Shown: piece after piece, positions 17,723 to 27,737 of the stretch | Position numbering within the stretch: the stretch's first letter is position 1 | How the letters are laid out: the number at the start of each line of letters is the position of its first letter | Assembly (NCBI GenBank): GCA_964401485.1 | Contig: CAYNYL010000001.1 | Span: 67,834 to 131,833 of the forward strand | Direction of reading: 5' to 3' | Length of the DNA stretch: 64,000 bases | From: an uncultured Gammaproteobacteria bacterium | GTDB lineage: Bacteria; Patescibacteriota; Patescibacteriia; UBA9934 | Program-made: the position numbers and the translations under genes | Notes under the pieces: model-generated | Told to the model about the DNA's origin: nothing | Database searches by the model: none | Seen by the model: the letters and a program-made list of their open reading frames with translations, nothing else

Positions 17723-18412
17723 TTATTGGCGACGTGTCGCTTGAGCTTTTTCAATTTTCTTCTCCGTTTCGTGCTCGAAGACTTCTCCTCGATAGATCCA
17801 AACCTTGATTCCGATCGTTCCCCAGATCGTGCTCGCGGTAACGCGCGCAAAATCGATGTCAGCTCGGAGGTTGTGGAGAGGAATGCTTCCTTCCGAAAGC
17901 ATTTCTCGACGGGCGATTTCCGCTCCGTTAAGTCGTCCTGAGAGCGCGATCTTTACTCCCTTCGCTCCGGACTTCATAACGCGCTCTCGCGCCATCTTCA
18001 TCGACCGGCGGAAAGGCATACGCTTTTCCGTTTCTTGCGCGATTTGTTGACCAACGATCGCGGCAGAAAGAGCCGGCTTCGCAACTTCTTGAATGTTCAA
18101 GTTAAGCGCTACTCGGCGACCTCGGTAGAAATTCGAAACGAGTTTCTTTTTGAGATCTTCGATTCCCGCTCCGGCGCGTCCAATGATAAATCCTGGCTTT
18201 GCCGCGGTAATCGTAACGGTAACCTTTTCTGCGTTTCGATCGATAAGGACCATGTCAACGCCCGCATCCTTCAATTCTTTCTTAAGGAACGCGCGAATAC
18301 GAACGTCCTCTCGAAGGAATGGAATAAATTTCGCTGCTCCTGCAAACCACTTCGAGTCCCAACCGTAAATCGTTTGGAGACGGAATGCTTTTGGATGAAT
18401 TTTTGTACCCAT
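17723..18412 (-). CDS. rpsC: 30S ribosomal protein S3
   Basis: MGTKIHPKAFRL N-terminus with a KH domain. Confidence 0.9.
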   Translation of the reverse strand: MGTKIHPKAFRLQTIYGWDSKWFAGAAKFIPFLREDVRIRAFLKKELKDAGVDMVLIDRNAEKVTVTITAAKPGFIIGRAGAGIEDLKKKLVSNFYRGRRVALNLNIQEVAKPALSAAIVGQQIAQETEKRMPFRRSMKMARERVMKSGAKGVKIALSGRLNGAEIARREMLSEGSIPLHNLRADIDFARVTASTIWGTIGIKVWIYRGEVFEHETEKKIEKAQATRRQ

Positions 18413-18420
18413 ATCATCGA

Positions 18421-18789
18421 TTATTTAACCGCCTTCTTAGCAACCTTCTCAACCGGAGCATCGTTTGAAACGACAATCGTGATGTGAGACATGCGCTTAC
18501 GAATTGGAGTTGCGCGACCCTGTGCTCGAGGAGTTACGCGGTGAATGACGGGACCTGGATTCACAAACGCTTGCGCGATTACGAGTCCGTCCGCCGTTCC
18601 CTTTTGGTTGTTCACCAAGTTCGCAACTGCAGAGTTCAAGACCTTAAGAACCGGCTTAGCCGCGGCCTTGGTTGAGAACTGCAATTGGAGACGTGCCTGT
18701 TCAATCGACATTCCTCGCACCAAGTTCACGACAAGTCGTGTCTTTCGTGGAGACATGCGGATGAATTTTGCTTCTGCTTTAGCTTGCAT
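18421..18789 (-). CDS. rplV: 50S ribosomal protein L22
   Basis: 122 aa with L22 fold sequence. Confidence 0.9.
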   Translation of the reverse strand: MQAKAEAKFIRMSPRKTRLVVNLVRGMSIEQARLQLQFSTKAAAKPVLKVLNSAVANLVNNQKGTADGLVIAQAFVNPGPVIHRVTPRAQGRATPIRKRMSHITIVVSNDAPVEKVAKKAVK

Positions 18790-18798
18790 ATGATATCG

Positions 18799-19074
18799 CT
18801 ATTTTGCCGCAACCTCAGCAACCTTTCCTCCATGACGTGTAAATCGTCGTGTTGGAGCAAATTCGCCAAGTCGGTGACCAACCATGTTTTCCACGATCTT
18901 CACCTTAATATGTTCACGACCATTATGAACGGCAATGGTAAACCCGACCATCTCTGGAGTGATGGTTGAAGCGCGCGCCCAGGTCTTGATCGCAGCTCCC
19001 GTTGGGGTGCTCTTTGCGACCTTCTCCATGAGACGTGCGTCAACGTATGGTCCTTTTTTCAAGCTTCGTGACAT
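18799..19074 (-). CDS. rpsS: 30S ribosomal protein S19
   Basis: [13 protein letters not shown]-terminus. Confidence 0.9.
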   Translation of the reverse strand: MSRSLKKGPYVDARLMEKVAKSTPTGAAIKTWARASTITPEMVGFTIAVHNGREHIKVKIVENMVGHRLGEFAPTRRFTRHGGKVAEVAAK

Positions 19075-19077
19075 AAA

Positions 19078-19914
19078 TTAGTTATTCTTCTTATTTCGGC
19101 GTCGGATGATCAATGCATCAGACGATCGCTTTCGGCGTGACTTCACACCAAGAGCCGGCTTACCCTTCGGAGTCTTTGGATTCTTGAGACCGATTGAGTT
19201 TCGTCCCTCTCCTCCTCCGTGTGGGTGGTCTACTGGGTTCATCGCCTTTCCACGAACGGTTGGGCGGAATCCTCGGTGTCGTGTTCGTCCTGCCTTTCCC
19301 CAGCGAACAAGTCGCCAGTCAGGGTTCGAAACGTTTCCGATACTTGCCATACAGGTCGAAGGCACCATTCGTACCTCGCCCGACGGAAGTTGGATTGTTG
19401 CAAAATCTCCCTCGATCGCGAGAAGAAGCGCGCTTCCTCCCGCTCCTCGAACCATCTGTCCACCACGTCCTGGTTGCAACTCGATGTTGTAGATCGACAT
19501 TCCTTCCGGAATAACTGCGAGCGCGAATCGATTTCCTGGCTTTGGATCACCTTTGGACTTCGACGCAACGATTTGCATCCCTACTTCGAGACCAGCTGGC
19601 GCGAGAACGTAGCGTCGCTCCCCGTCTGCGTAGGCAACGAGCGCGATACGAGCTCCACGGTTTGGATCGTACTCGATCGTTTGGACGGTCGCTGGGATAT
19701 CGAGTTTATCGAACTTCCAGTCGATTACGCGTACGCGTTGCTTCGCTCCACCTCCTCGGTGTCGAACGGTGATTTTTCCACCCGTTCGTCCCGCGAATTC
19801 CTTACGTGCAACAGTAAGTTTCTTGAGTGGCTTCTTTGTTGTTACATCTTTGAACGATTGTACGCTTGAATTGCGTCGACCGGCCGATGTTGGCTTGTAA
19901 ATTCTGATACTCAT
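19078..19914 (-). CDS. rplB: 50S ribosomal protein L2
   Basis: The start was chosen as MSIRIYKPTSAGRRN. The conserved GGGEGR block is present near the C-terminus. Confidence 0.9.
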   Translation of the reverse strand: MSIRIYKPTSAGRRNSSVQSFKDVTTKKPLKKLTVARKEFAGRTGGKITVRHRGGGAKQRVRVIDWKFDKLDIPATVQTIEYDPNRGARIALVAYADGERRYVLAPAGLEVGMQIVASKSKGDPKPGNRFALAVIPEGMSIYNIELQPGRGGQMVRGAGGSALLLAIEGDFATIQLPSGEVRMVPSTCMASIGNVSNPDWRLVRWGKAGRTRHRGFRPTVRGKAMNPVDHPHGGGEGRNSIGLKNPKTPKGKPALGVKSRRKRSSDALIIRRRNKKNN

Positions 19915-19915
19915 A

Positions 19916-20356
19916 TTAGACGCCTTCAAAAATATCTACCTTAGAACCCTTTGGAAGGAAGATCATTGCCTTCTTTACGTTGCTCTGTCGTCCCATTGTT
20001 CGACCAAAGCGTACGGCAGCACCGCGTACATTGATAATGTTAACGCGAACTGGGCGCACTCCGTAAACGGCAGCGAATGCCTTTTGTACTTCGATGCGCG
20101 TTGCGCTCTTTCGTACTTCAAATGCAATCACGCTTGCTTCGGAAAGACGCGCCGTCTTCTCCGAAATAACTGGTCGAAGAAGAACTTCAGCGGTTTGCTT
20201 TGTCATTCCTTTCACGGTCTTTTTTGCTTCAGTCGCTTTTGCCTTCTTTGCCGCAGGCTTTTTCGCGGTTTTACCTTCCGACTTTTTTGCTTTCGAAGTG
20301 GCGGTTTCCTCCATAGGTTGCTCGCCTTGCTTCTTGAATCGATCGAGAATACTCAT
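19916..20356 (-). CDS. rplW: 50S ribosomal protein L23 with a Lys/Ala/Glu-rich N-terminal extension of about 50 aa
   Basis: The core LLRPVISEKTARL...VNIINV carries L23 signature. The extension KAKKSEGKTAKKPAAKKAKATEAKK lies in frame. An alternative internal start, MTKQT, is at 20206. Confidence 0.85.
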   Translation of the reverse strand: MSILDRFKKQGEQPMEETATSKAKKSEGKTAKKPAAKKAKATEAKKTVKGMTKQTAEVLLRPVISEKTARLSEASVIAFEVRKSATRIEVQKAFAAVYGVRPVRVNIINVRGAAVRFGRTMGRQSNVKKAMIFLPKGSKVDIFEGV

Positions 20357-20357
20357 A

Positions 20358-20990
20358 TTAGTTTGCGTACATCGCCGTTAATTCTTCGAGCGACTTCTTT
20401 GAAACGATAATCGTGTCGTACTTCAATACGTCGCGAACGTTCAAGCTTTGGCTAAAGAGCGTTGCCGTCTTTTCCAAGTTCTTCGCTCCAAGCCGTACCG
20501 CTACGTCATCTTTTGACGTAACAAAGAGGACAGACTTTCCAACAACCGGAAGCGCTTGTTTCAATGCCCCAACCGATTTTGTCTTATTTGCGTCAAGCTC
20601 AAAACTCTCAACAACAAGGAGTGCATCGTTTGCAACCTTATCGGTAAGCGCCATTGCAAGCGCCTTTCGACGTGCCTTTTTATTGATCTTCAAGAAGAAG
20701 TTTCGGAATGCATTTGGTCCAAAGGTTACTCCTCCACCAACCCAAATTGGTGATCGGCGCGAACCGTGACGTGCTCGTGCTGTTCCCTTTTGTTTCCAAG
20801 GCTTCTTTCCCGTTCCAGCAACTTCTGAACGATCTTTTGTATGCGCGTAGACAGTGCGTCCATTTGTTTCTTGTGCGCGTACCGCGTCATGAATCAATGT
20901 TGACGTCGCAGGAACAGCAAACAATGCATCGTTTAACTCAACGCTTCCTTGTTTTTCACCTGTTCGTGTATAGAGGGTTACTTCTGCCAT
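20358..20990 (-). CDS. rplD: 50S ribosomal protein L4
   Basis: 210 aa with L4 signature. Confidence 0.9.
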   Translation of the reverse strand: MAEVTLYTRTGEKQGSVELNDALFAVPATSTLIHDAVRAQETNGRTVYAHTKDRSEVAGTGKKPWKQKGTARARHGSRRSPIWVGGGVTFGPNAFRNFFLKINKKARRKALAMALTDKVANDALLVVESFELDANKTKSVGALKQALPVVGKSVLFVTSKDDVAVRLGAKNLEKTATLFSQSLNVRDVLKYDTIIVSKKSLEELTAMYAN

Positions 20991-21598
20991 ACATTTCCAT
21001 CAGTTGCGACGACGGTGACGAGGCTTCCCCGGCTTCCCGGTACCGCACCTTTAACCGCAAGTAAATTATTTTTTGTATCAACGGCTACGATCTCGAGGTT
21101 CTTTACAGTGACGCGATCCGATCCCATGCGTCCACCCATGCGCATTCCTTTGAATACGCGTTGGATTCCACCGGCTCCGATCGAACCTGACTTACGAAGC
21201 TGATCCTTGTGTCCGTGAGTCGTTGGGTGTCCGTGGAAACCATGGCGCTTAACAACACCTTGGAACCCTTTACCCTTCGACGTTCCGATCACATCGATCT
21301 TCTCGCCTTCTGTAAATACCGTAACATCTAGGACCTTACCTCGCTCGAGTGACGTATCATCCGTTGCGACCTCCTTTAAATCGGAGAAGCTACCGAGATC
21401 TCCAAACTCACCTTTCTGTGCTTTTGCGAGATGCTTCGCTTCACCGAATCCCAATACAACCGCGCGCGCGCCGTTTGCTTGGGTTTTGACCGCGGTGATC
21501 GTACATGGACCAGCTTGAATCATGGTCACTGGTACAACCGTTCCGTCAGTCTTAAAGACTTGCGTCATTTCCAACTTTTTCCCTAAGAGGACTTTCAT
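20978..21598 (-). CDS. rplC: 50S ribosomal protein L3
   Basis: MKVLLGKKLEMTQVF canonical N-terminus. The ORF track shows an upstream in-frame extension to 21664 that is probably not translated. Confidence 0.85.
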   Translation of the reverse strand: MKVLLGKKLEMTQVFKTDGTVVPVTMIQAGPCTITAVKTQANGARAVVLGFGEAKHLAKAQKGEFGDLGSFSDLKEVATDDTSLERGKVLDVTVFTEGEKIDVIGTSKGKGFQGVVKRHGFHGHPTTHGHKDQLRKSGSIGAGGIQRVFKGMRMGGRMGSDRVTVKNLEIVAVDTKNNLLAVKGAVPGSRGSLVTVVATDGNVWQK

Positions 21599-21890
21599 AT
21601 TATTCATTAGGCCTGGTCGCGGCAAAGTATGCCGTACAAAAAACCAGAAGACGTTATCCATCACCTGATAGAAAACAGCTTCTAGTTCTCAAATTTCTCC
21701 TCCGTGATTTTGAGAATGATGTGGTTAATTAATGGACTCGGTTCCTTTCTATCCTTGGAAGAAGCGGCGAGTAGGTTTTCTCCGTAGAGATCTTATACTC
21801 GGTTCGACTCAAGAACGTTTTTTGGTTTTGAACCCGCGAGAGACCTCCACCTCTCGCCGGGTCAAAACCGGCTGCCCCAAGGGGCGTTTA
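21599..21890 (-). promoter_or_regulatory. unusually long S10-L3 spacer of 292 bp carrying two hairpins; candidate terminator, attenuator or leader
   Basis: On the minus strand a GCCCCUUGGGGC hairpin plus AGCCGGUUUUG lies immediately after the S10 stop. A perfect 10-bp stem, CCCGGCGAGAG..CUCUCGCGGG, follows. Confidence 0.4.
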
Positions 21891-22226
21891 TTACATTTTG
21901 ATTTCAACGTCGACTCCGGACGGAAGGTTCAAGGTCATAAGAGCATCCATTGTTCCTTCTGTTGGGTTAACGATATCGATCAAGCGCTTATGAATGCGCA
22001 TCTCGTACTGATCGCGTGACTTTTTATGGACGAACGTCGATCGGTTAACGGTGTAGCGTCGTTTCTCGGTTGGAAGCGGCACTGGACCAAGGATTGTCGC
22101 CCCTGTTCGTTGCGCCGTCTTCACAATCGTATCGGTTGCCGTGTCGATGATCTTGTGATCATAGGCGCGGATCTTGATACGAATCCGTTGTTTAACTTCC
22201 TCCGAAGTGTTTGTTTTAGCATTCAT
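21891..22226 (-). CDS. rpsJ: 30S ribosomal protein S10
   Basis: 111 aa with S10 signature. Confidence 0.9.
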   Translation of the reverse strand: MNAKTNTSEEVKQRIRIKIRAYDHKIIDTATDTIVKTAQRTGATILGPVPLPTEKRRYTVNRSTFVHKKSRDQYEMRIHKRLIDIVNPTEGTMDALMTLNLPSGVDVEIKM

Positions 22227-22282
22227 AGAAAGAACGATTCAGCAAAAAGGAAAAGGCCGAAGCCCTTTCCTATTTGACATTA

Positions 22283-23461
22283 TTACTCAACAATTTTGGT
22301 TACAACTCCAGCTCCAACTGTTCGTCCACCTTCGCGGATCGCAAAGCGCATTTGCTCTTCGATAGCAACTGGTGAAATAAGTTGGATGGTCGTGTTAACG
22401 GTGTCTCCAGGCATAACCATTTCTGTTCCTGCTGGAAGTTCTACAAGCTCTCCGGTTACGTCCGTTGTTCGGATGTAGAATTGTGGCTTGTATCCCTTGA
22501 AGAATGGCTTGTGTCGTCCACCCTCTTCCTTCGTCAACGCGTAGATTTCCGCTTCAAATTTCGTGTGTGGTTTTACCGCACCGATCTTTGAAAGCACCAT
22601 TCCTCGCTCAACATCTTCCTTCTTGATACCTCGAAGAAGAAGTCCGGCATTGTCTCCAGCCTTTCCTTCGCTAAGTTGCTTGTTGAACATTTCGATTCCG
22701 GTAACAACGGTCTTAACCGTGTCTCGGAGTCCTACCATTTCTACTTCATCGTTCAAGTTAACCATTCCTCGCTCGATACGTCCCGTTACAACGGTTCCTC
22801 GTCCTTCGATTGAGAACACGTCTTCGATTGGCATCAAGAATGGCTTCGCTGTATCTCGAACAGGCTCTGGGATGTATTCATCGAGGGCCTTGATAAGCGA
22901 TTTGATCGAATCTTGCGCAGCAGCATCTCCCTCTACAGCCTTAAGAGCTGAACCACGGATGATTGGGGTTGTGTCGCCTGGGTACTCGTACTTCTTCAAA
23001 AGATCACGAACTTCTTCCTCAACGAGGTCGATAAGTTCTGGATCGTCAACCATATCAACCTTGTTCAAGAAAACAACGATGTATGGAACTCCAACTTGGC
23101 GAGCAAGAAGGATGTGCTCTCGTGTTTGTGGCATCGGACCGTCTGCTGCCGAAACAACAAGGATCGCTCCGTCCATTTGAGCCGCTCCCGTAATCATGTT
23201 CTTTACGTAGTCAGCGTGTCCTGGACAGTCAACGTGCGCGTAGTGACGAGCTTCAGACTCGTACTCAACGTGCGATGTCGAAATCGTAATACCTCGCTCT
23301 CGTTCTTCTGGAGCGTTGTCGATTTGGCTGTAGTCCTTCTTTTGGTTCGAAGGTGAGTAAAGAATAGAAAGCGCTGCAGTAAGCGTTGTCTTACCATGGT
23401 CGACGTGACCAATGGTTCCGACGTTTACGTGTGGCTTTGAGCGATCAAATAGTTCGGCCAT
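22283..23461 (-). CDS. tuf: elongation factor Tu
   Basis: [15 protein letters not shown] and NKVD GTPase motifs. 392 aa. Confidence 0.95.
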   Translation of the reverse strand: MAELFDRSKPHVNVGTIGHVDHGKTTLTAALSILYSPSNQKKDYSQIDNAPEERERGITISTSHVEYESEARHYAHVDCPGHADYVKNMITGAAQMDGAILVVSAADGPMPQTREHILLARQVGVPYIVVFLNKVDMVDDPELIDLVEEEVRDLLKKYEYPGDTTPIIRGSALKAVEGDAAAQDSIKSLIKALDEYIPEPVRDTAKPFLMPIEDVFSIEGRGTVVTGRIERGMVNLNDEVEMVGLRDTVKTVVTGIEMFNKQLSEGKAGDNAGLLLRGIKKEDVERGMVLSKIGAVKPHTKFEAEIYALTKEEGGRHKPFFKGYKPQFYIRTTDVTGELVELPAGTEMVMPGDTVNTTIQLISPVAIEEQMRFAIREGGRTVGAGVVTKIVE

Positions 23462-23531
23462 AGTGTGTTAATTTAAGTGCGAAAAGTATACCAAATGCCT
23501 TGAAAAAGCGCAAGTCTTTGCCGTAACGCGC

Positions 23532-23858
23532 CTACTCGATTGGCTCGAGATAGAACTGTTCCTCGCCAAAAGTGCCTGAAGTTGGCTCTTTTTCTTGGAT
23601 TTCTTCGAGGGTCGGAACCTCAAAATCCTCTTCATTTACGGGGCTTTTTTCAATTACCGGCTCCTCGGGCCTTGTAACCTCCTCAAGAGGCTCGTCGTGA
23701 CCATGGTCGTGGTCGTGCGCGTGGTCGATCAATTCCTCGAAAACCGCGAGGGGGAGAAGGACTTGTGGCTCGTCATCTTCCCGATCACTTGTCACGATCA
23801 CCGGAGCCCCCGTTTTTTGAGCGATTTGGATTAATCGCTCGAGTCTTGGATATGCCAT
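23532..23858 (-). CDS. small acidic protein; N-terminus resembles a Phd/YefM-type or AbrB-like fold, followed by a His/Asp/Glu-rich tail
   Basis: 108 aa between fusA and tuf. Its own promoter reads TTGACG, 16 nt, TAAGAT, directly downstream of the bidirectional fusA terminator at 23884-23910. The tail includes HAHDHDHGHDEPLEE. Confidence 0.5.
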   Translation of the reverse strand: MAYPRLERLIQIAQKTGAPVIVTSDREDDEPQVLLPLAVFEELIDHAHDHDHGHDEPLEEVTRPEEPVIEKSPVNEEDFEVPTLEEIQEKEPTSGTFGEEQFYLEPIE

Positions 23859-23927
23859 ATACCCCGCATCTTAACGGATATTGCCAGTCCGTCAATACGA
23901 AAAAACGCCCGTTTTGGGCGTTTTCTC

Positions 23928-26012
23928 TTAACCTTTTCGTTTTGCAATAATTTCGGTCGCAACGTTTGATGGAACTTCTTGGTATTCGTAGAACTCCATC
24001 GAGTAGCTCGCGCGTCCCTGCGTAATCGAGCGAAGGCTCGTCGCGTATCCGAACATTTCGGAAAGTGGCACGATCGCGAGAACCGTCTTTACGTTTCCTC
24101 GATCACCCATTTCTTGGATTTGCGCGCGCTTTGAGTTCAAGTCTCCAACAACGGTTCCCATGAAATCTTCAGGGGTCACCGCTTCAACCTTCATCATCGG
24201 CTCAAGAATAACCGGTTTCGCTTTCTTTACCGCTTCTTGTACCGCGAGCGAACCAGCCATCTTAAAGGCCGCTTCGTTCGAGTCAACGTCATGGTAGGAA
24301 CCGTCAAAAACGGTTACCTTTACGTTAATCATTGGGTATCCAGCGATAATTCCGCGCTCAAGCGCTTCCTTCGCTCCCTTTCCAACTGGAGCAATGTATT
24401 CGCGAGGAATCGCTCCTCCCTTTACTTCGTCAACGAATTCGAACGGAAGAGCTTCAGGTCCGGTCGCAGGCTCAACGCGCACCCAGGCATGACCATACTG
24501 TCCACGTCCTCCGGATTGCTTTACGTATTTTCCTTCTCCTTCTGCGGATTGTCGGATCGTTTCACGGTAGCTTACCTGCGGTCGACCAACGTTTGCCGTT
24601 ACGCCGTACTCGCGCTTCATTCGGTCAACAATGATTTCAAGGTGAAGTTCTCCCATTCCTGAGATAATCGTTTGAAGGGTATCTTCATCCGTTCGAACGC
24701 GGAACGTTGGATCTTCTTCCGCAAGCTTTTGAAGCGCCATCGAAAGCTTCTCTTGGTCAGCCTTCGTCGCCGGCTCAAGCGCAAGCGAGATAACCGGTTC
24801 TGGGAAGGTAATCGACTCAAGAACGATTGGGTGATCCGGGTCACACATCGTGTGTCCAGTAAACGTTCCCTTAAGTCCTACCGCTGCGGCGATTTCTCCC
24901 GCATACACCTCCTCTACGTCTTCACGCGAGTTAGCGTGGAGTCGAACAATTCGAGAAATTCGCTCTTTTTGACCAGTGCTTGAGTTCAAGACATATGAAC
25001 CAGCTTTAAGCGAACCCGAATAGACACGGAAGAACGCAAGCTTTCCAACAAACGGATCCGCCGCGATCTTAAACGCAAGAGCGGAAAACGGTTCGCTATC
25101 CGAAGTCTTTCGTTCAATCACTTTTTCTGGTTCATCAGGATCAAATCCTTCAACCGGAGGAACATCAAGTGGGGACGGAAGGTAGGCAACAACACCATCA
25201 AGCATCGCTTGTACTCCTTTGTTTTTAAGCGCCGATCCGCAGAGAACTGGGAAAATATTGAGAGAAAGGGTTGCTTTACGCAAAATGCGCTTAAGTTCAT
25301 CCATCGGGATCTCTTCCCCCGAAAGATACTTGTCCATCGCGACTTCGTCGTTTTCTACGATCGCTTCAACAAGACGCGCGCGCCATTCCTTTGCCGTTTC
25401 CGCGTAATCCGCAGGGATTTCGATCTCATCGATCTTCTTTCCTTCATCATCGCGGTACATGTGCGCCTTCATCGTAAACAAATCGATAATTCCTTCGAAT
25501 TTATCTTCTGTTCCGATTGGAAGTTGGATTGGGTGGGCATTTGGGGTAAGTCGCGTTCGGATTGATTGAACATCCTTATAAAAGTCCGCACCTGTTCGGT
25601 CGAGCTTGTTAATGAAACAAATTCGAGGAACTTTGTATTTATCCGCTTGTCGCCAAACGGTTTCAGATTGTGGCTCAACTCCCGCAACTCCATCAAATAC
25701 CGTTACACCTCCGTCAAGAACACGAAGCGAACGCTCAACTTCAACAGTGAAGTCTACGTGTCCAGGGGTGTCGATAATGTTAATTCGGTGATCCTTCCAG
25801 AAACAGGTGGTCGCGGCAGCCGTAATCGTAATTCCACGCTCCTGCTCTTGCTCCATCCAGTCCATCGTTGCCTCTCCTTCGTGTACTTCTCCAATTTTGT
25901 GCTTCTTTCCGGTATAGAAGAGCACGCGCTCGGTTGTCGTTGTCTTACCAGCGTCAATGTGCGCAATAATTCCGATGTTTCGGGTCTTGTCTAAGGAGTA
26001 GTCTCGAGGCAT
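23928..26012 (-). CDS. fusA: elongation factor G
   Basis: 694 aa with AHIDAGKTT and DTPGHVDF motifs. Confidence 0.95.
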   Translation of the reverse strand: MPRDYSLDKTRNIGIIAHIDAGKTTTTERVLFYTGKKHKIGEVHEGEATMDWMEQEQERGITITAAATTCFWKDHRINIIDTPGHVDFTVEVERSLRVLDGGVTVFDGVAGVEPQSETVWRQADKYKVPRICFINKLDRTGADFYKDVQSIRTRLTPNAHPIQLPIGTEDKFEGIIDLFTMKAHMYRDDEGKKIDEIEIPADYAETAKEWRARLVEAIVENDEVAMDKYLSGEEIPMDELKRILRKATLSLNIFPVLCGSALKNKGVQAMLDGVVAYLPSPLDVPPVEGFDPDEPEKVIERKTSDSEPFSALAFKIAADPFVGKLAFFRVYSGSLKAGSYVLNSSTGQKERISRIVRLHANSREDVEEVYAGEIAAAVGLKGTFTGHTMCDPDHPIVLESITFPEPVISLALEPATKADQEKLSMALQKLAEEDPTFRVRTDEDTLQTIISGMGELHLEIIVDRMKREYGVTANVGRPQVSYRETIRQSAEGEGKYVKQSGGRGQYGHAWVRVEPATGPEALPFEFVDEVKGGAIPREYIAPVGKGAKEALERGIIAGYPMINVKVTVFDGSYHDVDSNEAAFKMAGSLAVQEAVKKAKPVILEPMMKVEAVTPEDFMGTVVGDLNSKRAQIQEMGDRGNVKTVLAIVPLSEMFGYATSLRSITQGRASYSMEFYEYQEVPSNVATEIIAKRKG

Positions 26013-26034
26013 ATGATAAACGTTTTGATAGAGA

Positions 26035-26505
26035 TTAGCGTCGTGCGAAGTGGGCGAAGGCGCGGTTTGCGTCGGCCATCTTTTGGACGTCTTGTCGCTT
26101 CTTTACCGCTGATCCTTCATTATTTGCTGCGTCCATGATTTCGGTCGCGAGTCGTTCCGCCATCGGCTTTCCTTTTCGGGCGCGTGCAGCTGCGAGCATC
26201 CACCTAAACGCGAGGGCCTGTCGGCGCTCTCCGCGTACTGGAACTGGAATCTGGTAGTTTGCTCCTCCAACACGCTTTGATTTTACTTCAACCGCTGGCA
26301 TCACGTTCTTCATCGCGGTGTCGAACACGTCAATCGACTTTTGCTTTGTTTTCTTTTCGATTACTTCAAAGGCATCGTAGACAATTCGTTCTGCAACGGT
26401 CTTTTTTCCGTCATGCATGACGTAGTTTACGAGTTTAGAAACAACAACGCTCCCGTATTTAAAATCGGGACGAGTAATTCTGACTGGGGCTTGCTTTCCA
26501 CGCAT
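26035..26505 (-). CDS. rpsG: 30S ribosomal protein S7
   Basis: 156 aa with S7 signature. Confidence 0.9.
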   Translation of the reverse strand: MRGKQAPVRITRPDFKYGSVVVSKLVNYVMHDGKKTVAERIVYDAFEVIEKKTKQKSIDVFDTAMKNVMPAVEVKSKRVGGANYQIPVPVRGERRQALAFRWMLAAARARKGKPMAERLATEIMDAANNEGSAVKKRQDVQKMADANRAFAHFARR

Positions 26506-26572
26506 AGGTATATTGGTTCCGTTTGCTTTCGCAACTTCCCGTGTGGTTTGACGGTACTACGGATGGTTAAAT

Positions 26573-27001
26573 TTAGGATTTCTTAACTTTCGGACGCTTT
26601 GTACCGTACTTCGATCGTCCACGTCGGCGCGATTCGATACCGGTCGTATCATATCGTCCTCGAACGATGTGGTAACGCACACCCGGAAGATCTTTTACTT
26701 TTCCTCCACGGATCATTACGATCGAGTGCTCTTGGAGGTTGTGTCCTTCTCCTGGGATATAAGCGTTTACTTCTTGACCATTAGAAAGTCGAACACGAGC
26801 GACTTTTCGAAGAGCCGAGTTCGGTTTCTTTGGGGTCATTGTCATTACGCGCGTACAAACTCCTCGCTTGTAAGGCGCTCCACGGCTTAACGTCGTTTTC
26901 TTGCGGTGCAAGGTGTCGAGCGTGAACTGCATCGCAGGCGACTTTGATTTTCGCTTCGATGTTGTTCGGTTTTTTCGAATCAACTGGTTGATCGTAGGCA
27001 T
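26573..27001 (-). CDS. rpsL: 30S ribosomal protein S12, with an N-terminal insertion of about 14 aa
   Basis: [10 protein letters not shown]...KRGVCTRV...[10 protein letters not shown]. The start ATG is at 27001. The ORF track's 27016 start is a TTG 5 codons upstream. Confidence 0.9.
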   Translation of the reverse strand: MPTINQLIRKNRTTSKRKSKSPAMQFTLDTLHRKKTTLSRGAPYKRGVCTRVMTMTPKKPNSALRKVARVRLSNGQEVNAYIPGEGHNLQEHSIVMIRGGKVKDLPGVRYHIVRGRYDTTGIESRRRGRSKYGTKRPKVKKS

Positions 27002-27062
27002 AATAAATGTGGGCAAAGTGTAGCATGACCCCTAAAAACGGTCAATATTCGGGCCCCTCGCG

Positions 27063-27737
27063 TCAAAAAACGCTCGAGAGGACCTCAAAACAGGCGCCAT
27101 TTGTTAGGAGTTCACAGGCAATTCCCGACGGAATACTGACAAAAAAGAACGGGTTTATACGCGTTGTTATTGATAAAATCACAAGAAAAAGGAGGACAGT
27201 TGGGGCATACTGACGAATCGCCTCGCGCGTTCGTTGCTCATGTGGTTTATCAAGAACAAGGTCAAGAACCTTCGAGCCGTCAAGCGGATCAAGGGGAATT
27301 AAGTTAAATATCGCGAGCGAAAGGTTAATAATGACCATCGCGACAAGAAACAAGGTCAATCCCGAGCCGAGCCCGATAAGCCCCAAGGCCGTAAGAACCG
27401 CAAATATCCCCGAAGAAAGAAGCGCTAGAAAAAGATTTGAAGCGGGACCCGCGAGAGCGATATGGAAGGCGTCACGCTTTGGGTTTGCGAGGTTATACGG
27501 ATTGTAAGGAACCGGTTGTGCCCAACCGAATCCAACGAATAAAAACATGATAAACCCCATTGGTGAAATATGGGCAAGCGGATTAATCGTTAGCCGACCT
27601 GCGAGTTTTGCTGTTCTATCCCCTTTTAGCGTCCCAACGAGCGCATGGGCAAATTCGTGGAATGAGAGGGAGATCAAAATTGCAATGAGCCAAATTAGAG
27701 CCGTGATCGGGCTCAAAAAAAACAAATCAATCAGCAT
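27063..27737 (-). CDS. site-2-protease-family zinc metalloprotease (peptidase M50)
   Basis: A HEFAHA zinc motif sits inside a transmembrane helix. The protein is multi-pass. Confidence 0.7.
   Translation of the reverse strand: MLIDLFFLSPITALIWLIAILISLSFHEFAHALVGTLKGDRTAKLAGRLTINPLAHISPMGFIMFLFVGFGWAQPVPYNPYNLANPKRDAFHIALAGPASNLFLALLSSGIFAVLTALGLIGLGSGLTLFLVAMVIINLSLAIFNLIPLDPLDGSKVLDLVLDKPHEQRTREAIRQYAPTVLLFLVILSITTRINPFFFVSIPSGIACELLTNGACFEVLSSVF

Noticed and set aside
13030-27000. Many 60-270-aa ORFs on the plus strand, and on alternative minus frames, inside the ribosomal-protein, tuf and fusA genes
   Set aside because: They are antisense or out-of-frame shadows of highly conserved genes. 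Their composition is R/S/L/P-rich and no homolog was recognised.
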